Source of the DNA: an uncultured Chloroflexia bacterium
GTDB lineage: Bacteria; Chloroflexota; Limnocylindria; Limnocylindrales; CSP1-4
DNA: 64,000 nucleotides
Reading direction: 5' to 3'
Assembly (NCBI GenBank): GCA_963739885.1
Contig: CAVUCC010000001.1
Coordinates: 206,516 to 270,515 of the forward strand
The translations under genes were made by a program, and so were the position numbers. Below the pieces are notes generated by a model, which did not search any database, was not told the DNA's origin, and saw only the letters and a program-made list of their open reading frames with translations. Numbering within the stretch: position 1 is the stretch's first letter; the number at the start of each line of letters is the position of its first letter. Of this stretch, positions 1-10,464 are shown in pieces.

Positions 1-864
1 GACGGCGTCGCGGAGACGCTTCGGCTGTGGCCGATCGCGGTGATCGCGGTCGGAGCCGCGATCCTGCTTCGCAGGACGCGACTCGGTATTGCCGGCGGCA
101 TGGTCGCCGCGGCCATGCCCGGGCTGATGCTCGGCGGCCTGGTCGTCGCGGCGCCCGACGTCAGGCCGGACTGCCATGTCGTGGAGCCGTCGAACTACAC
201 GACCCGCACCGGCACCTTCGCATCACCTGCCCGGGTCAGCATCGAGCTGTCATGCGGGAAGGTCGATGTCGGCGTCGCGCCGGGCAACGGCTGGCAGATC
301 CAGACGGGCGACACGGGCGTCGCCGAGCCCCGGATCGACGCCACCGGCGACCAGCTCTCGCTGCGCTCGGCGAACCGCTCACGGCCATTCGGGATCGGTT
401 CGGGCGACCGGTGGCTCGTGTCCCTGCCCGATGCCCAGCCGCTCGACCTGTCAGCGGTGATCAACGCGGGTACCGGCCGGTTCGCGTTGGCCGGGGCGCA
501 CCTGACAAACCTCGATCTCGATGTCAACGCGGGCACCACGCAGGTCGACCTGACCGGGGCGACGGTGGACGGGCTTTCGATGCACGTCAACGCCGCGGAG
601 GCCACGGTCCACCTGTCCGACGGCAGCGACCTCGAGGCCGATGTCCACGCCAACGCCGGCAAGGTCACGCTATGCGCGCCGACCGCGCTCGGTCTTCGCG
701 TGCACCAGGAGGTCGTGCTCGGCTCGACCCGGCTCGTGGGCCTGGTCCGGGACGGCGACGCCTGGCAGAGCCCCGATTACGCGTCCTCAACCCACCACGC
801 GGACGTGACCCTGGCGGTCAACGTTGGTAGCGTGGACATCAATCCCGAGGGAGGCTGCAAGTGA
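1..864 (+). CDS. DUF4097/LiaF-like putative adhesin-domain membrane protein (5' partial, frame open to window start)
   Basis: 274-aa ORF with an N-terminal TM helix then a repetitive beta-rich region (DLTGATVDG...DVTLAVNVGSVDI) typical of the DUF4097/LiaF C-terminal domain. No in-frame stop upstream to position 1. GTGA overlap with the following PspC gene. Confidence 0.55.
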   Translation, partial: DGVAETLRLWPIAVIAVGAAILLRRTRLGIAGGMVAAAMPGLMLGGLVVAAPDVRPDCHVVEPSNYTTRTGTFASPARVSIELSCGKVDVGVAPGNGWQIQTGDTGVAEPRIDATGDQLSLRSANRSRPFGIGSGDRWLVSLPDAQPLDLSAVINAGTGRFALAGAHLTNLDLDVNAGTTQVDLTGATVDGLSMHVNAAEATVHLSDGSDLEADVHANAGKVTLCAPTALGLRVHQEVVLGSTRLVGLVRDGDAWQSPDYASSTHHADVTLAVNVGSVDINPEGGCK

Positions 865-1457
865 ACCCCCGTCGTCTGTATCGATGCCGCCATGACCGGA
901 TGCTCGCCGGTGTCGCCGGCGGCATGGCCGAGTACCTCGAGGTCGACCCGACGGTCGTCCGGATCCTGTGGATCCTGTCGGCGTTCCTCGGCGGCTTCAC
1001 GATCCTGATCTACATCCTGCTCGCGTTCATCATGCCGCTCGAGCCGTTGCCGATGCCGGGCGCGCCCGGGTTCGGCCCGATACCGGGCCCGGCGACCGGA
1101 ACGGCGGCCGACGGCATGCCGGCAACCGGTGCCCCCGCCGAGGGTGAGGGCAGCACCGGGGCCACGACGACGGCCCGGGACGCGACCTCAGCGGCATCCG
1201 GCGCCGGCTGGACGACGCCCCAGGGCTGGCAGCCCGGCGGCTGGGCGGCTCATCGTCACCAGACGACGTCCGGCCAGCCGGGCACCGGACGCGCCGGGCT
1301 CGTGATCGGCGTCCTGCTGATCGCGTTCGGTGCGATCACCCTGTTCGGCGCCATGGTCCCCGCCTGGGCGGCGGCGGGCCTCGGTCCGGCATTCGTGCTG
1401 GCCCTCGGCATCGCCCTCGTCGTGGCATCCACCCGGCGTCCCGCGGCAGCGCGGTAG
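861..1457 (+). CDS. PspC-domain membrane protein
   Basis: N-terminal RLYRCRHDRMLAGVAGGMAEYLEVDPTVVRILWILSAFLGG matches the PspC domain signature. A Pro/Gly/Thr-rich linker and C-terminal TM helices follow. Confidence 0.75.
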   Translation: MNPRRLYRCRHDRMLAGVAGGMAEYLEVDPTVVRILWILSAFLGGFTILIYILLAFIMPLEPLPMPGAPGFGPIPGPATGTAADGMPATGAPAEGEGSTGATTTARDATSAASGAGWTTPQGWQPGGWAAHRHQTTSGQPGTGRAGLVIGVLLIAFGAITLFGAMVPAWAAAGLGPAFVLALGIALVVASTRRPAAAR

Positions 1458-1468
1458 CCGGCGCCACC

Positions 1469-2920
1469 GTGACCGGCGTACCGCTCCTCGTTCTCGGCCT
1501 GCTCCTGACCCTGAGCGCTCTGCTGGGCGCCCAGGTGACGGCGCGGCCCCGGGGAGCGGTCGCTGCGTTCCTGCTGTCTCCGCTCAACCCGACCGCCTGG
1601 CGGGCCACGGGCGCGATCATCCTCGGCTTCTGGGTCGAGCTGATCGCGGTCGCCGTGCTGTCCGCGATCTTCTCCACCGGGGCGTCCCTGCTGGTGGTGG
1701 GGGTTGGGTTCGTGCTGCTCGGGGCCGGCATCGAGGTCAGCCGGCTTGTGGCACGGATCGAGCGCCGCCGCGCAGCGCGCGTGGACCCGCGGCCGCTGAC
1801 GGCCCACCCCTACCGGCCGTACGGCTCCGGCCTGCGCGATCTGCTGTTCGCGGTCTTCCTCGACGTCGACCGCTGGCGCGACGTGATCTACGTGTTCGTC
1901 GCGTTCCCCCTCGCGATCCTCGAGCTCGCCCTCGCACTCTCGCTCTGGGCAGGCGCCCTTTGGCTGCTCTCGCTCCCGCTGTGGCTGGTCACATCGGGCC
2001 TCCCCTTCGCCACCGGCGGCACGTCGGCGACCGAGGCGACCGTGGCCGTCGCGGGTGGACTGTTCGGGCTCGCGCTCGCGATGGTGGCCGCGTCCGTGTC
2101 GCAAGGCCTGATGGCGCTCCACCGGGCGGTCGTCGAGGGCCTGCTGTGCGTGACCGAGCAGCGGCGCCTCCAGCAACGGGTCGAGACCCTCGAGGGCAGC
2201 CGCAAGGCCGTCCTCGATGTCGAAGCCAGCGAGCTTCGGCGGATCGAACGCGACCTCCACGACGGCGCCCAGCAACGGCTCGTCCTGCTGGCCATCGACC
2301 TGGGCCTGGCCGCAGAGCGACTCGAGACCGATCCGGCATCCGCCCGCACCCTGGTGCTCGACGCCCAGGATCAGGCACGGCAGACCCTCGCCGATCTCCG
2401 CAACCTGGTGCGTGGGATCGCCCCGGCGATCCTGCTGGATCGTGGCCTGGTGCCGGCCCTGGGCGCGGTCGCGGGACGAAGCCCGGTCTCGACCGTGGTG
2501 CTGAGCTCGATGGCGGGCGGCGAGCGGCTGCCCGATGCGGTGGAGCGGGCCGCGTACTTCGTGGTCGCCGAAGCCCTCGCCAACGTGGCCAAGCACGCAC
2601 AGGCGAGCCGCTGCGAGATTCGCTGCCGTCGGGACCCCGGGCGGCTGGTGGTCGAGGTCTGGGACGACGGCGTGGGTGGCGCGACCCTGGCCCCGAGCGG
2701 CGGCCTCGCCGGGCTGGCGGGCCGGGTGGAGGCGCTCGATGGTCGCCTCGAGGTCGACAGCCCGCCCGGTGGACCGACGACCGTGCGCGCCGAGATCCCG
2801 GTGGGCACGTCCCCGGCCGCCGAGGTCGGGGCCGCACATCCCGTCCTCACGGAGGGCGCCATTCCCGGCTGGCTGCCACCCGACGGCGGATCCTGGCTCG
2901 GGCCTCGGGAGCCGAGGTAG
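1469..2920 (+). CDS. sensor histidine kinase, HisKA_3/LiaS-NarX type, with PspC-associated membrane sensor
   Basis: N-terminal multi-TM region, then the H-box (LRRIERDLHDGAQQRLV) and HATPase_c motifs (VWDDGVGG, GGLAGLAGRVEALDG). Single 483-aa frame. Confidence 0.8.
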   Translation: MTGVPLLVLGLLLTLSALLGAQVTARPRGAVAAFLLSPLNPTAWRATGAIILGFWVELIAVAVLSAIFSTGASLLVVGVGFVLLGAGIEVSRLVARIERRRAARVDPRPLTAHPYRPYGSGLRDLLFAVFLDVDRWRDVIYVFVAFPLAILELALALSLWAGALWLLSLPLWLVTSGLPFATGGTSATEATVAVAGGLFGLALAMVAASVSQGLMALHRAVVEGLLCVTEQRRLQQRVETLEGSRKAVLDVEASELRRIERDLHDGAQQRLVLLAIDLGLAAERLETDPASARTLVLDAQDQARQTLADLRNLVRGIAPAILLDRGLVPALGAVAGRSPVSTVVLSSMAGGERLPDAVERAAYFVVAEALANVAKHAQASRCEIRCRRDPGRLVVEVWDDGVGGATLAPSGGLAGLAGRVEALDGRLEVDSPPGGPTTVRAEIPVGTSPAAEVGAAHPVLTEGAIPGWLPPDGGSWLGPREPR

Positions 2921-2921
2921 G

Positions 2922-3612
2922 TCAGGAGCCGAGGTAGGTCAGGACGGCCAGCACCCGCCGGTGGTCGTTCTCCGAATCGGGCAGCTCGAGCTTGCCGAAG
3001 ATGTTGCTGATGTGCTTCTCCGTGGCCCCCTCCGAGATACCCAGCAGGCTCGCGATCCCCATGTTGGTCCGCCCCTCGGCCATCGCGCTCAGCACCTCGC
3101 GCTCGCGCGGCGTGAGCGAGACCAGACGCATGTCGGCGCGGCGCGGGACCATCAGCTGGGCGACGACCTCCGGATCCAGCGCCGTCCCGCCCCGCGCCAC
3201 CCGGCCCAGCGCGTCCATGAACTCGCGGATGTCCGCCACGCGGTCCTTCAGCAGGTAGCCGACGCCGCCCGCGCGATCGGCCAGCAGCTCGGTCGCGTAC
3301 TGGCGCTCGACGTACTGGCTGAGCACGAGCACCGGCGTTCCCGGCACCTGCCGCCGGGCCTCGATCGCGGCGCGCAGCCCTTCGTCGCGTTGGGTGGGAG
3401 GCATCCGCACGTCGACGACCGAGACGTCCGGCCGGTGCTCCAACACGGCGGCCACCAGCGACGGGCCGTCGCCAACCTTGGCCACGACCTCGCCGCCCGA
3501 ATCCGCGATGACCCGCGCCAGACCCTCGCGGATGCAGCGCGGAATCCTCCGCGATGACGACTCGCAGCCCTTGCCCGTCCACACGCCGATCGTAGGCCAT
3601 CGGCGGCGGCAC
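2922..3612 (-). pseudogene. NarL/LuxR-family response regulator, interrupted by a +1 frameshift near 3535
   Basis: N-terminus MAYDRRVDGQGLRVVIAEDSAL is in one frame. The rest of the REC domain (IREGLARVIADSGG...DVSVVDVRMPP...) plus the LuxR HTH (LTPREREVLSAMAEGRTNMGIASLLGISEGATEKHISNIFGKL) is in another. An extra C in gcgctgCatccgcgag explains the shift. Confidence 0.75.
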
Positions 3613-3671
3613 GGGACCGTCAATCGCGCGGCCATCGGTGGATCGGCCCTGGACTGGCCTACGATGACCCG

Positions 3672-4145
3672 GTGACCCACGAGTACGTGATCGGCCTGGC
3701 TGGGGTGGTCCCGGGGAACGTGGCAGACCGCGCAGGCGGCGCCCAGCTCCCCATGCCGACCGCGCTCGCCTGGGCCGCGGACCGGGTTCTGGCTGTCGGG
3801 TCGGACGCCGCGGTGCGCGCGATCTCGCGCGGCGACTCGATCTTCCTCGACCTCGATGGATGCGCCGTGACGCCGCTCCCCGTGGACTCGGTTCGGGCCG
3901 GGCGGCTGGTGGAGCTGACCGGCGCCGTCGCGGGTGCGGACGACCTCCTCGAGGCGCTCATCGGTGCCGGGCTGCTCGGGCCTGGCGAGGGGCTCGAGCC
4001 GGGCTCGGCCGCCGATCTCGCCTTCTGGGCACCCGCCCGGGCTGGTGCGGGCGGGTCGTGGCATCTGATCGCCGTCGTCCGGAGCGGCGCATTCGGCGAG
4101 GGCGACGAGCACCATGGCCCGTTCTCCGACGCCGTCCTGGGCTGA
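3672..4145 (+). CDS. hypothetical 157-aa protein resembling only the N- and C-terminal beta-sandwich segments of an amidohydrolase
   Basis: DRVLAVGSDAAVRAISRGDSIFLDLDGCAVTPLPVDS resembles the amidohydrolase N-terminus, and AADLAFWAP...HLIAVVRSGAF resembles the C-terminal ADLVVxD...VxVxG motif. The TIM-barrel core is absent. It is divergent from the response regulator and convergent with gntK. Confidence 0.3.
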   Translation: MTHEYVIGLAGVVPGNVADRAGGAQLPMPTALAWAADRVLAVGSDAAVRAISRGDSIFLDLDGCAVTPLPVDSVRAGRLVELTGAVAGADDLLEALIGAGLLGPGEGLEPGSAADLAFWAPARAGAGGSWHLIAVVRSGAFGEGDEHHGPFSDAVLG

Positions 4146-4161
4146 CGGACGGCGCCGGGCG

Positions 4162-4647
4162 CTACCGGACCCGCAACGCAGCCTGGATCGCCTCGACCGT
4201 CGCGCCGACGCTCCCGGTCGAGTCGACCGAGATCGCGTTCGCGGGCGGCTCCAGGTCCTGGATCTGGCTGTCCAGCAGCGAGGCCGGCATGAAATGCCCG
4301 GGTCGATAGCGCATCCGTTCCTCGAGGGTCGCGTGGTCCACCTCGAGCATGACCACGGCGACAGCGTCGAACCCGGCCAGCAGCACGGCCCGGTAGGACG
4401 CCTTGAGCGCCGAGCAGGCGAGCACGACCGGATGCGTGCCTCCACTCGCGGTCAACGCGGCGCGCACCGCATCGTGCACCCTCCGCAGCCACGGCCAGCG
4501 GTCCGCGTCATGCAGCGGCGTCCCGCTCCGCATCCGCGCGACGTTGGCCGGAGCGTGGTAGTCGTCGGCCTCGATGAACTCCGCCCCCAGGGCCCGGGCC
4601 AGCCGTTGACCGACGGCAGTCTTGCCCGATCCGGACACGCCCATCAC
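4162..4647 (-). CDS. gntK: gluconokinase (thermoresistant GntK/shikimate-kinase family)
   Basis: VILVMGVSGSGKTAVGQRLARALGAEFIEADDYHAPANVARMRSGTPLHDADRWPWL is a P-loop gluconate-kinase signature. The start codon is uncertain (ATG 4644 or GTG 4647). Confidence 0.75.
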   Translation of the reverse strand: MMGVSGSGKTAVGQRLARALGAEFIEADDYHAPANVARMRSGTPLHDADRWPWLRRVHDAVRAALTASGGTHPVVLACSALKASYRAVLLAGFDAVAVVMLEVDHATLEERMRYRPGHFMPASLLDSQIQDLEPPANAISVDSTGSVGATVEAIQAALRVR

Positions 4648-4694
4648 GAGGATGACCTTGCCCTTTGCCCGCGGCTCGGTGCGGGAAACGGCGC

Positions 4695-5816
4695 TCAACC
4701 TCCGGTCCGGTAGGGCGACGATCGCGCTCCCGGTCGCGACCAGGCCCGAAACGCGTGCAACGCGAGCACGACGCCGGCCACCGGCACCGCTCCCAGCACG
4801 AGGACGCGGCCGAACGGCCCGGCGACGGGCTCGTCGAACGCGACCAGACCCAGGTAGGCCAGGTACGCGACGTAGAACCCGAGCAACAGCGCGCCCTCGC
4901 GCCGGTCCACGACGAGGCCCGTGTACAGGATCGGCAGGCACGCCGCTGCCGCCGCCACCATCAGCGGCAGGTCGACCGCGAGCAGGTCGGACGACACGGC
5001 GAGCGGCGCGGGCGCGACCGAGGGCCGTCGCTCCGAGGACCATCAGGATGTTGAAGATGCAGCTGCCGACCACGTTGCCGACGGCGATATCGCGGTGACC
5101 GCGGGTGCCGGCCAGGATCGAGGTCGCGATCTCGGGCAGCGAGGTGCCGACGGCGACGATCGTCAGCCCGACGACCACCTCCGGAATGCCCAGCGAGGCG
5201 GCCATCGCGGTCGCGCCGGTCAACGATCCAGTCGGCGCCGACGAGGAGGAGCACGAGCCCGGCACCGCAGCGAGGGCCAGGTTGCCGAGGCGGGCGCGAG
5301 CGCACCCATTGCCCCTGAACCGTATTCGGCCGCGAACTCGGCCCGCACGCGAACGGTTTCACGGCGGCTCGACCGGGCGAGGAGCGCCAGGTAGACGATG
5401 ATCCCCGCGAACAGGATCGCGCCCTCAAGACGGTCGATATGACCGCTCAGCGCCATCAGCCACAGCGCGATCGAGGCGGCGATCATCAGCGGCACCTCGC
5501 GCCGCACGACCCGCAGGCCGGCCACGACGGGGGCGACGAGGGCCGCCAGCCCGAGCACCAGCAGGATGTTCGCGATGTTGCTGCCGACGACGTTGCCCAG
5601 CGCGATGTCCGGCTGGCCGGCGAGCGCGGACGAGATCCCGACAGCGAGCTCGGGCGCGCTCGTTCCAAACGCGACGACGGTCAGGCCGACCACGAGGGGG
5701 CTGATGCCGAGCGCGGTCGCGAGGCGGCTGGCGCCTCGGACCAGGAGCTCCGCGCCGGCGACCAGGGCCGCGAGGCCGATGACGAACCGGACCAGCGTGA
5801 GCGCGTCCACGGCCCA
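4695..5816 (-). pseudogene. CaCA-family Na+/Ca2+ antiporter (YrbG-like), split over three reading frames
   Basis: Alpha-1 repeat (GLTVVAFGTSAPELAVGISSALAGQPDIALGNVVGSNIANILLVLG) lies in frame a (5220-5810). Alpha-2 repeat (GLTIVAVGTSLPEIATSILAGTRGHRDIAVGNVVGSCIFNILMVLG) lies in frame b (~5000-5265). The terminal TMs (LLLGFYVAYLAYLGLVAF) lie in frame c (4695-4997). Two frameshifts, near 5245 and 5000. Confidence 0.7.
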
Positions 5817-5910
5817 TCCTACCGGCGGTCGTGACCGTCGATGGCGACCCGCCCCGTGGCGGGGGCACGGCCCGGGCGGCAACGCCGGGCTCGCGGGCTC
5901 CCGCTGCGGG

Positions 5911-6366
5911 TCAGCCGAACCAGAGCTCCACGTCGGGAACCGGCTGGCGATCGAGCGGCGCGATCGAGCGGCGCCGGACGACGTCGGGCCAGGGTGGCAG
6001 CGTCACCGTGCCATCGATCTCGAGCCAACGGATCGCGAGGGCGACCGCGGCCGGGTCACGTGCCAGCCGCTGGACCACGAGCCGGAACGACGATTCGGCT
6101 CCATCCTCGGTCTGCAGCAGCCCACGGGCAGACCGGACCAGCGCGGCGGTCGTCCGGGCGTCGACGAGCGAGGCGCGGATGGCCTCCACTCCGTGAGCGA
6201 AGGTCGCCGACCGCCAGAGCGGCGGCGGCTCGTCGTCCCGCGCGATGAGCGAGCGCAGCGCGGTCGCCAGTCGCTGGGCCTCCTGGGCGTGATCGGCCGG
6301 GTCGGAGACCCGGTGGCCATGGATGACATCGACACGATCGAGCGTGGCAACGGCGGTCGTCTCCAT
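5911..6366 (-). CDS. hypothetical protein
   Basis: 151-aa ORF with protein-like composition. No recognisable motif. Confidence 0.3.
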   Translation of the reverse strand: METTAVATLDRVDVIHGHRVSDPADHAQEAQRLATALRSLIARDDEPPPLWRSATFAHGVEAIRASLVDARTTAALVRSARGLLQTEDGAESSFRLVVQRLARDPAAVALAIRWLEIDGTVTLPPWPDVVRRRSIAPLDRQPVPDVELWFG

Positions 6367-6643
6367 GACCTCAATGATGCGGGCACCGCGTTGCGGTGGG
6401 GTTATCGGCCGGTGATCGATCCGACATGTTGTGGGCTTGAAACGTCGGTCTCGATGAGTCCGCCCGGCCCCGCCGATCGGGGGCGGGCCGGCTCTTCACT
6501 CGCGCCGCCCGGAACCCCACCATGCAACCGGTGCCCTCGCCTCGATCGTGCGCCCGACGGGCGTCGTGCTGGCGGGCCGCCGCGGGTTGCCGCGCATCCC
6601 GGGCGACGGAGGCACCGGCATCGGATCGGAGGGTGCAGACGCC

Positions 6644-7186
6644 ATGAAGGTCCTGGTTGCCTACGCGAGCCGCCACGGTGCCACGCGCGGCATCGCCGAG
6701 CGGATCGCCGACACGCTTCAAGCCGCGGGGCTCGACGCCCGCGCGAGACCGGTCGACGCCGCGTCGGACGTCGAAGACTACGACGCCTGCGTCATCGGCA
6801 GCGCAGCCTACATGTTCCACTGGCTCAAGGAGGCAGCGTCGTTCGTCCGCCGCAACCGAGCGGTGCTCAGCTCGATGCCGGTGTGGATGTTCAGCAGCGG
6901 GCCCCTGGGCACGGAGCCCGTCAACCCGAAGGGAGAGGACCAGAAGGCGGCCGCGATCCCGAGAGAGCTGCCGGAGCTGGTCCAGCTCATCGGGGCCCGC
7001 GAGTACCGGGTGTTCTTCGGTGCCTACAGCCACGATCGCAAGCCGATCGGGTTCGGTGAGCGGTTCATGTCGCTGATGCCGGCGACGCGGGATGCCCTCC
7101 CGGAAGGCGACTTCCGGGACTGGCAGGAGATTGAGGCCTGGGCGCGTGACATCGCGCGCAACCTCAGCCCCGTCACGGTCGGATGA
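6644..7186 (+). CDS. flavodoxin-family protein (HemG/WrbA-like)
   Basis: MKVLVAYASRHGATRGIAERIADTL...YDACVIGSAAYMFHW is a flavodoxin-like fold signature. Confidence 0.65.
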   Translation: MKVLVAYASRHGATRGIAERIADTLQAAGLDARARPVDAASDVEDYDACVIGSAAYMFHWLKEAASFVRRNRAVLSSMPVWMFSSGPLGTEPVNPKGEDQKAAAIPRELPELVQLIGAREYRVFFGAYSHDRKPIGFGERFMSLMPATRDALPEGDFRDWQEIEAWARDIARNLSPVTVG

Positions 7187-7665
7187 ACGTGAGCGCCGAA
7201 CCGGCGCAAGCCGGCCTCGGGCGGCGGGAGCGCATCTGGCTGGCGATCCACCGGGGTCTCGATCGCTGGCTGTCTCCGCTTGGCGTGCTCGTCTACCGCA
7301 GGACCCGGGGCGGCGTCACGCGGCCCTGGCATGTCGACGCCCTGCTGTTGACCACGCGCGGCCGGCGGTCCGGGCGACGCCGGACCGTCGTGCTGCAGTA
7401 CTTCCCGGACGGCGACGCGATGGTGGTCGCCGCGGCGAACGACGGCGGCACCACGCATCCCGGCTGGTACCACAACCTGCACGCGACGCCGGAGGCAGAG
7501 GTCGAGGTCATGGGACGCAACGTCCCGGTCCGCGCCGAGGAGCTGCGGCCGACGAGGCTCGGGCATGGTGGGATCGGATCCTCGCTCGGGATCCGGGTTA
7601 CGAGCGCTACGCGCGCGCGACGACCCGGACGTTCCCGATCGTCCGCCTGGTGCCGACCGCGGTAG
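7183..7665 (+). pseudogene. F420H2-dependent nitroreductase family (Ddn/DUF385, PNPOx-like), frameshift near 7550
   Basis: GRRSGRRRTVVLQYFPDGDAMVVAAANDGGTTHPGWYHNLHATPEAEVEV is in frame 1. The conserved C-terminus ARAWWDRILARDPGYERYARATTRTFPIVRLVP is in the overlapping frame-2 ORF. Confidence 0.7.
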
Positions 7666-7683
7666 CCGCGCTGGCACGTCGAA

Positions 7684-9805
7684 TCAGCCGGGCTCGGGGA
7701 GCGGCTCGTCGGGCTCGTCGTCGGGCTCGTCGTCGCGCTCGTCGTCGACCCCCGGCGAGCTGTCCTCCACCTCGCCGTGGAGGAGCGTGGCGAGGGCGGG
7801 CCTGGCCGTCGGGTTGGCGAAGATCGACAGGCGGTCGCCGACCTCGATCTCCAGGTCGCCCCGTGGCACGAGCACGCCGTCGTTGCGCTCGACCGCGACA
7901 AGGACGACATCCCGGGGCCAGGGCACGCCGGCCACGCGCCGTCCGGCCAGCGGCGAGCCCAGGCTGATCTCGGTCTCGACGATCACTCCGTCAGCGCGCA
8001 GGCCGCGCACCTGTCGGACGTTGCCGTGCAGAGCTGAGCGATAGGCGGCGATCGCATCGCGGACCGAGAGCACGCCCGTCAGCCGGCGGCCAGAGGTCAC
8101 CGGCGCCCAGTCGCGCCGATGATCGGACAGCGCGCCCAGCGCGTCGTCGAGGCCGTCATCGGAGGCGAGGATCGGCTCGCGGGCGATGAGCTTGCCGGGG
8201 ATGGCCTCGTCGGGAGGCGCGTCACGGAGCGCCTCGAGATCGATCAGCCCGGCCACCGACCCGTCCCGGGCGATGACCGGCGCCCCGGGAACGTGGGCGG
8301 CGATCATCTGCTCGCGCGCCGACGCGACCGTGTCATCCGGATGCACGACGACCCGTGCCTGCCGGGCCGCGTCGCCGACCGGAACCGCGGCCAGCAGCGG
8401 CAGCGCGAACCGGAACCGATGCGCCGGCGAGTCGGCGCGGGTGGCCAGCTGGCTGCTGTAGATCGATCGCTGGCCGACGATGAACGTGGCCAGCCCCACC
8501 GCGACCATGGCCGGCGCCAGCATCGACAGGTTGCCGGTCATCTCGGCCACCATCAGCATCACGGCCAGCGGCGCGTGGGCGACGCTGCCGAACAGGGCCA
8601 TCATGGCCACGATCGCGAACGGGGCGGGATCGGCGGGGATGCGCGGGCGCAACGGGCTCGAGCAGGCGCCAGATGCCCGCGCCGAGCAGGGCGCCGACGA
8701 CCATGCCCGGGCCGAAGATGCCACCCGAGCCACCGGAGCCGATCGAGAGCGACGTGGCCAGGATCTTGGCGAAGGGGAGGACGAGCACCATCCACAACGG
8801 GATCGACAGCAGCACGTTCCGATCGAGGCCCGCCTGGACGAAGCCGTAGCCGGTCCCGAGCGCGCCGGGCACCACCAGCCCGATGGCACCCACGGAGAGG
8901 CCGGCGATGGCCGGCTTGAGCGCTCGCGGGATCTGCCAGCGGTGGAACCAGTGGGTCAGGCCATAGAAGCCGGTGATGTACAGCAGGCCGACCAGGCCGC
9001 ACACGAGCCCGATCAGCGCGTACCAGCCGAGCTCGGCCGGCTCCGAGAACCCGAACCTCGCCTGCGTCCCGAAGATCGGGTTGAAGCCAACCACGGCACC
9101 GAAGATCGTGTACGCGACGATGGTGCCGATGAACGAGGGGACGAGCGCGTCCGACTCCACGTCGTCGCGGTAGAGCAGCTCGGCTCCCAGGATCGCGCCG
9201 CCCAGCGGCGCCCGGAAGATGGCCCCGATCCCGGCCGCGATGCCGACCGCAACGGCGATCCGGGAATCACGGGCGTCGAGGTCGAGGAGACGACCCAGGA
9301 AGGACCCGAACCCGGCGCTGATCTGCGCCGTGGGACCCTCGCGGCCGGCCGAGCCCCCCGATCCGATGGTGACGGCCGAGGCGACCAGCTTGATCAGCGG
9401 CACCCGGGCGCGGATCCCGCGTGGGTGGTGATGGAACGCGGCGATCGCGGCATCGGTGCCGTGGCCCTCGGCTTCCGGCGCCCAGCGGAACACGATGAAC
9501 CCCGAGATCAGGCCGCCCAGTCCCACGATGAACGGGATCGCCCACGGCCGTGCCGCGTCCCAGATCGGGGTGATGGGTCTGCCACCCTCACCGGCCGGCG
9601 ACGGCGGCGTGTAGCCGGCGAGACCGCCCAGGAAGACCTGGGTGGCGAAATCGAGGGCGGTGGTGAACAGGATGGCGCCCAGACCACCGATCACGCCGAT
9701 GATGGCGCCGAGCACGACCCACTTGCGCAGGTAGCTGGCGGACCGGATGCGGCGCCGGACGATGATCAGCGCATGGTCGATCCTGGGATGCGATCCCGGC
9801 ATCAC
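7684..9805 (-). pseudogene. ClC-family chloride channel with C-terminal CBS pair and TrkA-C domain, frameshift near 8640
   Basis: ClC motifs GSGGSAGREGP, GIFRAPLGG and GSGGIFGP lie in ORF 8333-9805. The remainder (VAMMALFGSVAHAPLAVMLMVAEMTGN plus CBS/TrkA-C) lies in ORF 7684-8889 in another frame. Confidence 0.75.
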
Positions 9806-10362
9806 GCGTACCGCTCGAAGGACCCGGCCAGGGCGCGGATCGCCCGCCCGGGCGCGCCGGGGCGCGACGCACCCGCATGCTCGGCGATCTCGTGCAGCGC
9901 AGTACGGCGGAACGCGAGGATCGCCTCGCGCACGTCGCGTCCGAGGGCCGTGACGCGAGCCCGGGTGGCACGACGATCCGTCTCGTCGGGCCTCAGGGTG
10001 ACCAGTCCGCGGCGCTCGAGCCGGCGGAGGAGCCGGCTCGTCGCGGGCAGGGTCACGCCCACCCTGGCTGCGACCTCGCCGACCCTGATGCCGTCCGGCG
10101 GCTCACCGAGGATCAGCAGCGCGCGCCATTGGGAGAACGTCAGGTCGACACCGGGCGCGGCGCGCTCGAGCGCCTGAGAGGTGAGACCGACGGCGCCGAT
10201 GACGATCCGCTCGAGGTCGGCGACAGGGTCCAGCGCGTGGTCACCGCCTCGCCGTGCGTCGCGATGCGAGGGGACGTCGCCGTCCGGAGCGGATCCACCA
10301 CCGGCGGCAGCGTCGCGTCCGTCCGGGGCAGCATGGAATGCGGGGGGTTGTCCGGGATTCAT
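9802..10362 (-). CDS. MarR-family transcriptional regulator
   Basis: Winged HTH: LTFSQWRALLILGEPPDGIRVGEVAARVGVTLPATSRLLRRLERRGLVTLRPDETDRRATRARVTALGRD. ATGA overlap with the ClC start. Confidence 0.65.
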   Translation of the reverse strand: MNPGQPPAFHAAPDGRDAAAGGGSAPDGDVPSHRDARRGGDHALDPVADLERIVIGAVGLTSQALERAAPGVDLTFSQWRALLILGEPPDGIRVGEVAARVGVTLPATSRLLRRLERRGLVTLRPDETDRRATRARVTALGRDVREAILAFRRTALHEIAEHAGASRPGAPGRAIRALAGSFERYA

Positions 10363-10464
10363 GCCACCTAGGATAGTCGACAGTTGCCAGGTGGCTATTA
10401 TCGGGCGGCTGAGTCCCCGCACGAGCCGGCGGCACGGCCGGTCGGATGCGATCGGACCAAGACG

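Noticed and set aside
1256-2839. 527-aa and 282-aa minus-strand ORFs opposite the histidine kinase
   Set aside because: Antisense shadow ORFs of a well-supported kinase gene, with R/G/P-rich composition.
5566-7059. 497-aa + strand ORF
   Set aside because: It runs antisense to, or overlaps, the CaCA gene and the hypothetical ORF. It is Arg/Gly/Pro-rich low-complexity translation typical of spurious ORFs in high-GC DNA, with no motifs.
8480-10177. 565-aa + strand ORF
   Set aside because: Antisense to the ClC channel and MarR genes. Low-complexity Arg/Asp/Gly-rich translation.
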